Numbered from the stretch's first letter, positions 1 to 13,918 are shown. The stretch is DNA of 64,000 nucleotides from Escherichia coli (GCF_003334255.1 NZ_QOWU01000014.1); one strand, 5' to 3'. Numbers and translations: made by a program. Notes: generated by a model from the letters alone, not told the origin.

Positions 1-22
1 AGCTGATAGAAACAGAAGCCAC
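1..22 (-). CDS. insA: IS1 InsA, first 7 codons only (partial, runs out of window)
   Basis: Minus strand from 22 reads GTG GCT TCT GTT TCT ATC AGC (V/M-A-S-V-S-I-S), the InsA N-terminus. Confidence 0.6.
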
Positions 23-77
23 TGGAGCACCTCAAAAACACCATCATACACTAAATCAGTAAGTTGGCAGCATCACC
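1..77 (-). mobile_element. IS1 insertion sequence, terminal ~77 bp with inverted repeat; the element continues upstream of the window
   Basis: Reverse complement of 1..77 reads GGTGATGCTGCCAACTTACTGATTTAGTGTATGATGGTGTTTTTGAGGTGCTCCAGTGGCTTCTGTTTCTATCAGCT, which I recognise as the canonical IS1 end (terminal IR followed by the insA start). Identification is from memory, not a search. Confidence 0.8.
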
Positions 78-208
78 TTGAACGCAAATTCCAGTTAGCT
101 GAGAACATTCATGTTCGTGGTGCTAACCTGGTAAATGGTTTGCTGTATATCGATCTCGAACGCGTGATTCCGGAAGCGAAAAAACCGCGCCGTATCGAAA
201 TCAACTAA
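78..208 (+). pseudogene. ibpA: Small heat-shock protein IbpA, 3' fragment (last ~43 codons), truncated by IS1
   Basis: In-frame translation from 80 gives [42 protein letters not shown] then stop at 206..208. Sequence upstream of 78 does not encode IbpA in any frame. Confidence 0.8.
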
Positions 209-319
209 TTCCCTAAGGCCGCCTGGCGCGGCCTGACATCTCCATGCTCGCCGTCAGGGAGCATATGCGAATCTTCGGATTTGCAGGTACTTACTCGCTT
301 CTTAGAAGGAGAAATGACT

Positions 320-748
320 ATGCGTAACTTCGATTTATCCCCACTGATGCGTCAATGGATCGGTTTTGACAAACTGGCCAACGCACTGCAAAACGCCGGT
401 GAAAGCCAGAGCTTCCCGCCGTACAACATTGAGAAAAGCGACGATAACCACTACCGCATTACCCTTGCGCTGGCAGGTTTCCGTCAGGAAGATTTAGAGA
501 TTCAACTGGAAGGTACGCGCCTGAGCGTAAAAGGCACGCCGGAGCAGCCAAAAGAAGAGAAAAAATGGCTGCATCAAGGGCTTATGAATCAGCCATTTAG
601 CCTGAGCTTTACGCTGGCTGAAAATATGGAAGTCTCTGGCGCAACCTTCGTAAACGGTTTACTGCATATTGATTTAATTCGTAATGAGCCTGAACCCATC
701 GCAGCGCAGCGTATCGCTATCAGCGAACGTCCCGCGTTAAATAGCTAA
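320..748 (+). CDS. ibpB: Small heat-shock protein IbpB
   Basis: ORF 281..748; product from [24 protein letters not shown] matches IbpB. Start chosen at the ATG giving 142 aa. Confidence 0.9.
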
Positions 749-763
749 CTAGCTATTCTCTTT

Positions 764-791
764 GCCCCGCCATTCTGGTGGGGCTTTTTTT
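764..791 (+). terminator. Intrinsic terminator after ibpB
   Basis: GC hairpin gccccgcc-attctg-gtggggc followed by a T run. Confidence 0.6.
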
Positions 792-943
792 GTCTTACTT
801 ACTCAACAATGCGTTAAATTTCGACTGTTTAAGATATTTCGGCACGTTCTTTCCCGTGATAATGTGCGCTATAAGGCAAATCTGCTTCACCGATTCAGCC
901 ATAATCCGTAGCAATTAAAATGTTATCTCAAGAGAAATGGACG

Positions 944-2605
944 ATGAGTGATATAGCATTAACGGTCAGTATTCTGGCTTTGGTGGCAGTCGTCGGTTTG
1001 TTTATCGGCAACGTCAAATTTCGCGGCATAGGATTAGGTATTGGCGGCGTGCTGTTTGGTGGGATCATCGTCGGCCATTTTGTTTCTCAGGCGGGGATGA
1101 CATTAAGTAGCGATATGCTGCATGTTATTCAGGAATTTGGCCTGATCCTGTTCGTTTATACTATCGGGATTCAGGTAGGGCCGGGCTTCTTTGCCTCATT
1201 GCGCGTCTCCGGATTACGCCTCAACCTGTTTGCTGTTCTGATCGTCATCATCGGTGGTCTGGTTACCGCCATCCTGCATAAACTGTTTGATATTCCACTG
1301 CCGGTAGTGCTGGGGATTTTCTCCGGTGCGGTTACCAATACGCCAGCGCTGGGGGCAGGGCAGCAGATTTTGCGCGACCTGGGTACACCAATGGAAATGG
1401 TCGATCAGATGGGGATGAGTTACGCGATGGCGTATCCATTCGGCATTTGCGGGATTTTGTTCACCATGTGGATGTTGCGGGTTATTTTCCGCGTCAATGT
1501 CGAGACAGAAGCTCAGCAGCACGAGTCTTCACGCACCAATGGCGGCGCGCTGATCAAGACTATCAATATTCGCGTTGAGAACCCTAACCTGCATGATTTA
1601 GCCATTAAAGATGTACCGATTCTCAACGGCGACAAAATTATCTGCTCGCGTCTGAAACGCGAAGAAACCCTAAAAGTTCCTTCGCCAGATACCATTATCC
1701 AACTGGGCGATTTGCTGCATCTGGTGGGTCAGCCAGCGGATTTACATAATGCGCAACTGGTGATTGGTCAGGAGGTCGATACTTCGCTGTCCACGAAAGG
1801 CACTGATTTGCGCGTCGAGCGTGTGGTGGTCACCAATGAAAACGTGCTCGGAAAACGTATTCGCGACCTGCACTTTAAAGAACGCTATGACGTTGTTATC
1901 TCGCGCCTGAACCGTGCCGGGGTCGAACTGGTCGCCAGTGGCGATATCAGCCTGCAGTTCGGCGATATCCTCAATCTGGTGGGGCGTCCGTCCGCAATTG
2001 ATGCCGTTGCCAATGTGCTGGGGAATGCGCAGCAAAAACTGCAACAGGTTCAGATGCTGCCAGTGTTTATTGGCATCGGGCTAGGCGTATTGTTAGGTTC
2101 TATTCCCGTCTTTGTGCCAGGATTCCCGGCCGCGTTGAAACTGGGGCTGGCGGGCGGACCGCTGATTATGGCGTTGATCCTCGGGCGTATCGGCAGTATC
2201 GGCAAGCTGTACTGGTTTATGCCGCCAAGCGCCAACCTCGCGCTGCGGGAGCTGGGGATCGTGCTGTTCCTCTCGGTCGTTGGTCTGAAATCTGGTGGGG
2301 ATTTTGTGAATACCCTGGTCAATGGCGAAGGGCTAAGCTGGATTGGTTATGGTGCCCTGATCACCGCCGTTCCGCTGATTACTGTTGGCATTCTGGCGCG
2401 GATGTTAGCCAAAATGAATTACCTGACCATGTGCGGGATGCTGGCAGGTTCCATGACCGATCCTCCGGCGCTGGCGTTTGCTAATAATCTTCATCCAACC
2501 AGCGGTGCGGCGGCGCTCTCTTACGCCACTGTCTATCCGTTGGTAATGTTCCTGCGCATTATCACCCCCCAATTACTGGCGGTGCTCTTCTGGAGTATCG
2601 GTTAA
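944..2605 (+). CDS. yidE: Putative transport protein YidE (AAE-family-like, two TrkA-C domains)
   Basis: ORF 920..2605; protein from [23 protein letters not shown] recognised as YidE. Start at the internal ATG. Confidence 0.85.
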
Positions 2606-3318
2606 CTCTTTTCCGGGTGGAGTCGCCGTAAATGGTACTCCACCTGGTATTCGCTGGCATTTCTGAACATCACTGAATAATTCAAAAACTCCCCGCTCTC
2701 GCTATATGACAACGAGGTGATCCGCAGCAGTGGCGTGTGTTCCGCTACCTTCATTTGCCGCGCCAGCAGTCTATCGGCGAGCACTGGCGTCAGGCTTTCA
2801 TAATTACCGCCAATCAAAATCCCGCACTCTTGTTCAATATATTCAAACTTCGACCCTTCCAGATGTTGCAGCGAAAGATTACGGAACAGTTTTACCGGCA
2901 TATAGCTGTCTTCCAGCATCAGCGGTTTCCCTTCCACAAAACGAACGCGACGGGAGAAGTAGATCTGCTCGTTGATTTGAATCCGTAACTGGCTGGCAAT
3001 GGCCGGAGGCGCAGGCATGATTTCAAAAATCAGCACCTGGCTGGTGACCGTTTTTCCCTGCCGTTTTAACACCTCCACCAGCCCGGTCAGACTGGCGGTT
3101 TGATGCAGTACATCTTTGCGCACCAGGTAAGTGCCACTACCGTGGCGGCGGACCACCAGCCCCCACGCTACCAGCAGGTCAATGGCTTTACGGATGGTCA
3201 TCCGCGATACCGCAAACTCTTCCGCCAGCTTTTTTTCACCGGGAAGAAGGCTGTTTAGCGTGAAATCTGCGGAGTTAAGTCGAATTCTTAACCGCTCCGC
3301 AATGCTTTTGTAGATCAT
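2602..3318 (-). CDS. yidP: GntR-family transcriptional regulator YidP
   Basis: ORF 2602..3477 minus; N-terminal HTH and UTRA-like C-terminus. Start set at [10 protein letters not shown] (238 aa). Confidence 0.85.
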
Positions 3319-3613
3319 CTCTAGATCTCTTTTTTGCCTGCAAGCCCGGGTAATGCGCACACAAGTTCTGCTTAATCGATTGAAAAAACATCTTTTTTTT
3401 AAAGATGTGTTCGATGCTGTGTACCTGTGCTCACAGAGGTCTACTTTTTCGCGAAAACGTAGATCTCTACCGCCCAACGAAAAGCATGAAAGCGATCACG
3501 AATCCCATTGGGTCGTCATGTTCTGCCGATCGCATCTTCCTATCCTCGCTCCAGGCCTGCCGCATAACCAATCAGGCTTCCTACTTACAGAATTGAGAAA
3601 AGAGGATGTGGAA

Positions 3614-6934
<3,321 letters not shown>

Positions 6935-7100
6935 TTTAATATCCCTCCGGCGAATTATGCTCACAACCTGAACTTAACAGAAAACAATCCGTTCAGGGAT
7001 ACGACGTTTGTATTTTAAGAATCTGACTGCCTGACCCGACGCATTTTACCTCTCCCTATATTCATGCGTCCGGGACATAAACATAAATAAGGGCTATGAG

Positions 7101-8816
7101 ATGAATTCGTTACAAATCTTGAGTTTTGTCGGTTTTACGCTGCTGGTGGCGGTGATCACCTGGTGGAAGGTCCGCAAAACAGATACCGGATCGCAACAAG
7201 GCTATTTTCTTGCCGGACGTTCACTAAAAGCGCCGGTTATTGCCGCTTCGTTAATGCTAACCAACCTTTCCACGGAACAACTGGTCGGCCTTTCCGGGCA
7301 GGCCTACAAAAGCGGCATGTCGGTGATGGGCTGGGAAGTGACTTCAGCGGTGACGCTGATCTTCCTCGCGCTAATCTTTTTACCGCGCTATCTGAAGCGC
7401 GGCATTGCCACCATCCCCGATTTTCTGGAGGAACGTTATGATAAAACGACGCGTATTATCATCGACTTCTGCTTCCTAATTGCCACCGGCGTCTGCTTTC
7501 TGCCGATTGTTCTCTACTCCGGCGCGTTGGCGCTCAACAGCCTGTTTCACGTCGGGGAATCGCTACAGATTTCTCACGGTGCGGCTATCTGGCTACTGGT
7601 AATTTTGCTTGGTCTGGCGGGAATTTTGTATGCGGTGATCGGCGGACTGCGCGCAATGGCAGTGGCGGACTCCATCAACGGTATTGGGCTGGTTATCGGC
7701 GGGTTGATGGTGCCGGTATTTGGCCTGATCGCGATGGGCAAGGGCAGCTTTATGCAGGGCATTGAGCAACTCACCACCGTTCACGCCGAGAAATTAAACT
7801 CAATCGGTGGCCCGACCGATCCCTTGCCGATTGGCGCGGCATTTACCGGTTTGATTCTGGTGAACACCTTTTACTGGTGTACAAATCAGGGCATCGTGCA
7901 ACGCACGCTGGCGTCAAAAAGCCTGGCGGAAGGGCAAAAGGGGGCGCTGTTAACGGCGGTGCTGAAAATGCTCGACCCGCTGGTACTGGTGCTGCCAGGG
8001 TTGATTGCGTTTCATCTGTATCAGGATTTACCGAAAGCCGACATGGCCTACCCGACGCTGGTCAATAACGTTCTGCCAGTGCCAATGGTGGGTTTCTTCG
8101 GCGCGGTGTTATTTGGTGCGGTGATCAGTACCTTCAACGGCTTTCTGAATAGCGCCAGTACGTTATTCAGTATGGGTATTTACCGTCGCATCATTAACCA
8201 GAATGCCGAGCCGCAGCAGCTGGTCACCGTCGGGCGCAAATTTGGTTTCTTTATCGCTATCGTTTCGGTGCTGGTCGCGCCGTGGATCGCCAACGCGCCG
8301 CAGGGGCTGTATAGCTGGATGAAACAGCTCAACGGCATTTACAACGTGCCGCTGGTTACCATCATCATTATGGGCTTTTTCTTCCCGCGCATCCCGGCGC
8401 TGGCGGCAAAAGTAGCGATGGGGATTGGCATAATCAGCTACATCACCATCAACTATCTGGTGAAGTTCGACTTCCATTTCCTCTATGTGCTGGCCTGTAC
8501 GTTCTGCATCAACGTGGTCGTGATGCTGGTGATCGGTTTTATCAAACCGCGCGCCACGCCGTTCACCTTCAAAGATGCGTTTGCGGTGGACATGAAACCG
8601 TGGAAAAACGTCAAGATCGCGTCAATTGGCATCCTGTTCGCGATGATTGGCGTCTATGCCGGGCTGGCTGAATTCGGCGGCTACGGTACGCGCTGGTTAG
8701 CGATGATCAGTTATTTCATTGCCGCCGTAGTGATTGTCTACCTGATTTTTGACAGCTGGCGGCATCGTCACGACCCAGCCGTAACCTTTACTCCCGACGG
8801 GAAGGATAGCCTATGA
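7101..8816 (+). CDS. yidK: Sodium:solute symporter family transporter YidK
   Basis: 571-aa polytopic membrane ORF, SSF-like. Confidence 0.85.
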   Translation: MNSLQILSFVGFTLLVAVITWWKVRKTDTGSQQGYFLAGRSLKAPVIAASLMLTNLSTEQLVGLSGQAYKSGMSVMGWEVTSAVTLIFLALIFLPRYLKRGIATIPDFLEERYDKTTRIIIDFCFLIATGVCFLPIVLYSGALALNSLFHVGESLQISHGAAIWLLVILLGLAGILYAVIGGLRAMAVADSINGIGLVIGGLMVPVFGLIAMGKGSFMQGIEQLTTVHAEKLNSIGGPTDPLPIGAAFTGLILVNTFYWCTNQGIVQRTLASKSLAEGQKGALLTAVLKMLDPLVLVLPGLIAFHLYQDLPKADMAYPTLVNNVLPVPMVGFFGAVLFGAVISTFNGFLNSASTLFSMGIYRRIINQNAEPQQLVTVGRKFGFFIAIVSVLVAPWIANAPQGLYSWMKQLNGIYNVPLVTIIIMGFFFPRIPALAAKVAMGIGIISYITINYLVKFDFHFLYVLACTFCINVVVMLVIGFIKPRATPFTFKDAFAVDMKPWKNVKIASIGILFAMIGVYAGLAEFGGYGTRWLAMISYFIAAVVIVYLIFDSWRHRHDPAVTFTPDGKDSL

Positions 8817-10306
8817 AACGCCCCAATTTTCTGTTCGTCATGACCGATACCCAGGCCACCAATATGGTCGGTTGCTATAGCGGTAAACCGCTGAATACGC
8901 AAAATATTGATAGTCTGGCGGCGGAAGGTATTCGCTTTAATTCCGCCTACACCTGTTCACCGGTTTGTACGCCTGCACGGGCCGGACTATTTACCGGTAT
9001 CTACGCTAACCAGTCCGGCCCGTGGACCAACAACGTCGCGCCAGGCAAAAACATCTCCACTATGGGGCGCTACTTTAAGGATGCCGGCTATCACACCTGT
9101 TACATCGGCAAATGGCATCTCGACGGTCATGACTATTTCGGCACTGGCGAGTGTCCGCCGGAGTGGGACGCTGATTACTGGTTCGATGGGGCGAACTATC
9201 TTAGCGAACTGACGGAAAAAGAGATTAGCCTGTGGCGCAATGGCCTAAACAGCGTCGAAGATTTACAGGCGAACCATATCGACGAAACCTTCACCTGGGC
9301 GCATCGTATCAGCAATCGGGCGGTGGATTTTCTGCAACAGCCTGCGCGCGCAGACGAGCCTTTCCTGATGGTGGTTTCGTATGATGAGCCGCATCACCCG
9401 TTCACCTGTCCGGTGGAGTATTTAGAGAAATACGCTGATTTTTACTACGAGCTGGGCGAGAAAGCACAGGATGACCTGGCTAACAAACCGGAACATCACC
9501 GCTTATGGGCGCAGGCGATGCCATCGCCAGTCGGTGATGACGGGCTTTATCACCATCCGCTCTATTTTGCCTGTAATGACTTTGTTGATGACCAAATCGG
9601 ACGGGTCATCAATGCCTTAACGCCAGAGCAACGTGAAAATACGTGGGTTATTTATACCTCCGATCACGGCGAAATGATGGGCGCACATAAGCTGATCAGT
9701 AAAGGGGCGGCGATGTATGACGACATCACCCGCATTCCGCTGATCATCCGTTCGCCGCAAGGGGAGCGGCGACAGGTCGATACGCCAGTCAGTCATATCG
9801 ATTTACTGCCGACAATGATGGCGCTGGCAGATATTGAAAAACCAGAGATTCTGCCGGGGGAAAATATCCTTGCCGTGAAAGAGCCACGCGGCGTGATGGT
9901 GGAATTTAACCGCTACGAGATTGAGCATGACAGCTTTGGCGGTTTTATTCCGGTGCGTTGCTGGGTGACGGATGACTTTAAACTGGTACTCAACCTCTTC
10001 ACCAGTGATGAACTTTACGATCGCCGTAATGACCCAAATGAAATGCATAACCTGATCGATGATATCCGTTTTGCAGACGTTCGCAGCAAAATGCATGACG
10101 CCTTATTGGATTACATGGACAAAATTCGCGATCCGTTCCGCAGTTACCAATGGAGTCTGCGTCCGTGGCGTAAAGATGCACGGCCGCGCTGGATGGGGGC
10201 GTTTCGTCCACGTCCACAAGATGGCTATTCGCCAGTTGTACGCGACTATGACACCGGCCTACCGACACAAGGGGTGAAGGTGGAGGAGAAAAAACAGAAG
10301 TTCTGA
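8813..10306 (+). CDS. yidJ: Cys-type sulfatase YidJ
   Basis: 497 aa; sulfatase signature C-T-P-A-R visible in YTCSPVCTPARAGLFTG. 4-bp overlap with yidK. Confidence 0.85.
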   Translation: MKRPNFLFVMTDTQATNMVGCYSGKPLNTQNIDSLAAEGIRFNSAYTCSPVCTPARAGLFTGIYANQSGPWTNNVAPGKNISTMGRYFKDAGYHTCYIGKWHLDGHDYFGTGECPPEWDADYWFDGANYLSELTEKEISLWRNGLNSVEDLQANHIDETFTWAHRISNRAVDFLQQPARADEPFLMVVSYDEPHHPFTCPVEYLEKYADFYYELGEKAQDDLANKPEHHRLWAQAMPSPVGDDGLYHHPLYFACNDFVDDQIGRVINALTPEQRENTWVIYTSDHGEMMGAHKLISKGAAMYDDITRIPLIIRSPQGERRQVDTPVSHIDLLPTMMALADIEKPEILPGENILAVKEPRGVMVEFNRYEIEHDSFGGFIPVRCWVTDDFKLVLNLFTSDELYDRRNDPNEMHNLIDDIRFADVRSKMHDALLDYMDKIRDPFRSYQWSLRPWRKDARPRWMGAFRPRPQDGYSPVVRDYDTGLPTQGVKVEEKKQKF

Positions 10307-10309
10307 CGA

Positions 10310-10345
10310 TAATGCCCGCTGATGATCACCCGGCGGGCATTATTC
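10310..10345. terminator. Bidirectional hairpin between convergent yidJ and yidI
   Basis: Inverted repeat aatgcccgc…gcgggcatt. Confidence 0.4.
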
Positions 10346-10352
10346 AGGCTGC

Positions 10353-10802
10353 TTAAACCAGTGAACCGCCGGTCAGGAAGGAAAAGATAAGGAATATCAG
10401 CAAAATGCTGCACACGATGCCGATACCAAAAAGCAAGGTATGGAAAGCCAGCGTCCCGCCGCCAAAAACCAGCGCGCCGCGAATGCCCCAGCGATTTTCC
10501 TTACGCATACCGCCAATAAATGCGCAAAGTAGCGCAGCAATGGCCAGTGCGATACCGCTTTGATTGAGGATTTTATCGACATCTACGTCCTCTTTTTTCT
10601 CCACGGTGGTAATTTTTTCGCCTTTTATTCCGGCGAGAAGACCTCTTTTAATTTCAGCCGTTTTGTCCGCCACGATGCTTTCAAACGTTGGCGGTGGTGC
10701 GGAGAAAGGGCCGAATGAAAAGTGGATAATCCCCATCATTAAAGCGATGGCACCGAACAGCATGCCCAATGAACTGATTTTATTTTGAGCTATGATACCC
10801 AT
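10353..10802 (-). CDS. yidI: Inner membrane protein YidI
   Basis: ORF 10353..10910 minus; hydrophobic 149-aa product from MGIIAQNKISSLGMLFGAIALMMG. Confidence 0.75.
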   Translation of the reverse strand: MGIIAQNKISSLGMLFGAIALMMGIIHFSFGPFSAPPPTFESIVADKTAEIKRGLLAGIKGEKITTVEKKEDVDVDKILNQSGIALAIAALLCAFIGGMRKENRWGIRGALVFGGGTLAFHTLLFGIGIVCSILLIFLIFSFLTGGSLV

Positions 10803-10909
10803 CTGACCTCCTTGTAGCGGATGGCAAAAGCATATCAGGAAACGGGCGGACGAAATTCTTAAAAAAACCGCTAAAGGTAGAGCGTTAGTGAAATTGCAAA
10901 GGAGCAACA

Positions 10910-11257
10910 ATGAAAATTTCCCGCCTCGGAGAAGCGCCTGATTACCGCTTCTCGCTGGCTAATGAGCGTACTTTTCTGGCGTGGATCCGTACTGCACTAG
11001 GATTTCTGGCGGCGGGGGTTGGGCTTGATCAACTTGCGCCAGATTTCGCCACGCCCGTCATTCGCGAACTGCTGGCGTTGTTGTTGTGTCTGTTTTCCGG
11101 CGGGTTAGCGATGTATGGCTACTTGCGCTGGTTACGCAATGAAAAAGCGATGCGTCTGAAAGAGGACCTGCCCTACACCAACAGCTTATTAATCATTAGC
11201 TTAATATTGATGGTCGTGGCGGTGATCGTTATGGGACTGGTGTTGTATGCCGGATAG
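10910..11257 (+). CDS. yidH: Inner membrane protein YidH (DUF202-like)
   Basis: 115-aa ORF, membrane protein. Confidence 0.75.
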   Translation: MKISRLGEAPDYRFSLANERTFLAWIRTALGFLAAGVGLDQLAPDFATPVIRELLALLLCLFSGGLAMYGYLRWLRNEKAMRLKEDLPYTNSLLIISLILMVVAVIVMGLVLYAG

Positions 11258-11609
11258 CCGCAAAGCCAGACGCATTGCCGACCCAGGACTGCAGCCGGAG
11301 CGCACATCACTGGCGTGGTTTCGTACCATGCTGGGCTACGGCGCGTTGATGGCGTTGGCTATCAAACACAACTGGCACCAGGCGGGCATGTTATTCTGGA
11401 TTTCGATTGGCATTCTCGCCATCGTGGCGCTGATCCTCTGGCACTACACCCGTAATCGCAATTTAATGGATGTCACGAATAGCGATTTTTCCCAATTTCA
11501 CGTAGTCCGTGACAAATTTTTGATCTCCCTCGCGGTGTTATCTCTCGCAATACTGTTTGCTGTAACGCATATACATCAACTTATCGTATTTATTGAGAGA
11601 GTCGCATGA
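11247..11609 (+). CDS. yidG: Inner membrane protein YidG
   Basis: 120-aa ORF overlapping the yidH end. Confidence 0.75.
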   Translation: MPDSRKARRIADPGLQPERTSLAWFRTMLGYGALMALAIKHNWHQAGMLFWISIGILAIVALILWHYTRNRNLMDVTNSDFSQFHVVRDKFLISLAVLSLAILFAVTHIHQLIVFIERVA

Positions 11610-12103
11610 CAGGAAGTCAGGTCATTGATGCTGAAGAGGACAGGCATAAACTGGTTGTAGAGTACAAGGATGCTCTGCAACCTGCCGATTTTTATCACAA
11701 TTTCAAACAGCGGGGCATCCGCTCCGTACAGCTCATTCCCTATCTTGAATTTGATGACCGGGGCGATCTGACGGCCGCTTCGGTGACAGCAGAGCTGTGG
11801 GGGAAATTTTTAATTGCCCTGTTCGAGTGTTGGGTGCGGGCAGATATCAGTCGTATCTCGATTGAGCTTTTTGACGCCACCTTACAAAAATGGTGTGGCA
11901 GCGAAAACCCGCAACCGCGCTGTGACTGCCAGGCGTGCGACTGGCATCGCCTGTGCCCGCACGCTCGGCAGGAGACGCCAGACAGCGTGCTTTGTGCGGG
12001 CTATCAGGCGTTTTATTCTTACTCCGCACCGCATATGCGGGTGATGCGTGATCTGATAAAGCAGCATCGTTCTCCCATGGAGCTGATGACGATGCTGCGG
12101 TGA
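11606..12103 (+). CDS. yidF: YidF, Cys-rich protein resembling only the C-terminal part of an anaerobic sulfatase-maturating enzyme
   Basis: 165-aa ORF with Cys cluster CDCQACDWHRLCP; no CxxxCxxC radical-SAM motif. Confidence 0.75.
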   Translation: MTGSQVIDAEEDRHKLVVEYKDALQPADFYHNFKQRGIRSVQLIPYLEFDDRGDLTAASVTAELWGKFLIALFECWVRADISRISIELFDATLQKWCGSENPQPRCDCQACDWHRLCPHARQETPDSVLCAGYQAFYSYSAPHMRVMRDLIKQHRSPMELMTMLR

Positions 12104-12110
12104 CGTGCGC

Positions 12111-13295
12111 TTAAACGGGCTGCCCCTGATGCGACATCCGCGTCGCCAGCGGCAGCCAGCACAGCACGATCAACAATCCCATTAAGGTCATCAACAACCC
12201 CAGGCTGCCCTGACCGGTTTGCGGCAACATCGCAGAGAGCGACGCCAGCACGCCGGAACCAATGTTTTGCAGACCGCCGACCAGCGCGCCAGCCGTGCCC
12301 GCCAGGAAGGGGAACGGCTCCATCGCGCCGCTGGTCGCCAGCGGAAACAGCATCCCGGCACCGAAAAAGAACAGCGCGGCGGGAACGAGCAGCGTCCAGA
12401 CATTCATCACGCCAAACCAGTCGGGGATCCACATCAGCAAGCCAGCCAGCAGGCAGCAGATAACCGACTGCCACATTAACGTGGAGAAGCGTTTATTGGG
12501 ACGTCCGGCAAACCATGCGCCAAAAAACGCTGCCGGAATCGGCAGAATAAACAAAATACTGACCGTCATACTGCTCAGCCCTAACACCGCGCCCATCAGC
12601 ACGCCGGAGCAGGCTTCAAAGGCGGCAATCCCGGCCAGACCGCCAATCAGCATCAGCAAATAACAGTTAAAACCGCTGTTACCGAAAAGCGTTTTATAAC
12701 TGGTAAGCAGGCGCGTGCGCGGTGCATCGACCGGACGCGTTTCCGGCATCCAGCGGGCCATACTGAAGGTCACACCAGCACAAAGAACCAACAAAAAGAG
12801 ATAACAGGCGCGCCAGTTCCACATCGTATCCAGCAGACCGCCGATTAGCGGTGCGAGCAACGGACTGACGAGAATCCCCATGTTTAACAGGCTGTTAGCA
12901 TGGCGCAACTGTGTCCGTTCATATAAATCTCGCGGTAAAGTACGCGCCATTACGCCGCCAACGCCGGTGCCCATCCCCTGCATCGCGCTGGCGGCAATCA
13001 ACACCGTCAAACTGGAGGTCGTGACCGCGACCAGCGTTGCCAGCATAAAAATGGACATTCCGACGAGGATCACCGGTCGGCGGCCCACGCGGTCGGAAAT
13101 CGGGCCATAAAACAGCTGTGAGACACCGTAAGTCAGCAGATAAGCGCCCATTACGCTCTGCACCGCCCCTTCACGGACGTTGAGATCGCGCGCCATATCG
13201 GCAATAGCTGGAATATAAATGGTTTGCGCCATCTGACCGACGGCCACGAGTAATACCAACATCAATAACAAATTGACGTTTCTTTGCCTTTTCAT
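12111..13295 (-). CDS. emrD: MFS multidrug efflux pump EmrD
   Basis: ORF 12111..13301 minus; product from MKRQRNVNLLLMLVLLVAVGQMAQTIYIPAIADMARDL matches EmrD. Confidence 0.9.
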   Translation of the reverse strand: MKRQRNVNLLLMLVLLVAVGQMAQTIYIPAIADMARDLNVREGAVQSVMGAYLLTYGVSQLFYGPISDRVGRRPVILVGMSIFMLATLVAVTTSSLTVLIAASAMQGMGTGVGGVMARTLPRDLYERTQLRHANSLLNMGILVSPLLAPLIGGLLDTMWNWRACYLFLLVLCAGVTFSMARWMPETRPVDAPRTRLLTSYKTLFGNSGFNCYLLMLIGGLAGIAAFEACSGVLMGAVLGLSSMTVSILFILPIPAAFFGAWFAGRPNKRFSTLMWQSVICCLLAGLLMWIPDWFGVMNVWTLLVPAALFFFGAGMLFPLATSGAMEPFPFLAGTAGALVGGLQNIGSGVLASLSAMLPQTGQGSLGLLMTLMGLLIVLCWLPLATRMSHQGQPV

Positions 13296-13470
13296 TATCA
13301 CGGATGCTTTTATAAAAATAATTAGAATAAGTCACTACGCATTCCCATAAATGCGGGAGAGGAATCTATCACATTGATGAATGTTAGCCAGATATACGCC
13401 AGGAATGGGGAATTGTTTAGCGGCAGAATATGTAAACAAAAGCGGCAATAAATGTTGCCGGGAGAGATGG

Positions 13471-13506
13471 TAGGGCGGATAAGATGCGTCAGCATCGCAT
13501 CCGACA
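13471..13506. repeat. REP-like palindromic element
   Basis: tagggcggataagatgcgtcagcatcgcatccgaca resembles the REP consensus. Confidence 0.5.
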
Positions 13507-13530
13507 CCAACCCGCACGCTAAATATAAAA

Positions 13531-13558
13531 GGGGAGCGGTTTCCCGCTCCCCTTTGGT
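13531..13558 (-). terminator. Intrinsic terminator downstream of tisB
   Basis: Hairpin ggggagcgg-tttc-ccgctcccc, followed on the minus strand by a T-rich run. Confidence 0.5.
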
Positions 13559-13574
13559 GCGACTTGAATCTGAA

Positions 13575-13664
13575 TTACTTCAGGTATTTCAGAACAGCAT
13601 CAAGCAGTTGCAGTGCTGCAACAATGAGTTTGAGGATAAGAATGGCGATATCCACCAGGTTCAT
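13575..13664 (-). CDS. tisB: Type I toxin TisB (29-aa membrane peptide)
   Basis: Minus-strand ATGAACCTGGTGGATATCGCC… translates to MNLVDIAILILKLIVAALQLLDAVLKYLK then stop. Too short for the ORF track. Confidence 0.85.
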   Translation of the reverse strand: MNLVDIAILILKLIVAALQLLDAVLKYLK

Positions 13665-13898
13665 ACGCGTCTCCTGTGGTTCAGGAGCACTGCCAGCTGA
13701 CGTACCTTTCCGCTGCCTGTTGCCAGCTGTTGTGCACGCGGTATCTCAAGGAGAAACGTTGTGCTTGTTGACATAACACAGTGTGCTCACGCGGGGTTAA
13801 GGCGCTGACGGCACCACCCGTTTCAGCCAGGACTTAGTGCGCCGGGTAACGATGCGGCCCCCGCATAACACATTGCGTACAGTGATATTATAGAAGTT

Positions 13899-13918
13899 TA
13901 CTGTATAAATAAACAGTA
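13899..13918. promoter_or_regulatory. LexA (SOS) box between divergent tisAB and istR
   Basis: TACTGTATAAATAAACAGTA, a perfect CTGT-N8-ACAG. Confidence 0.8.

Noticed and set aside
1214-2322. Several 60-100-codon minus-strand ORFs inside yidE
   Set aside because: All lie within and opposite the yidE coding region with alternative starts; shadow frames.
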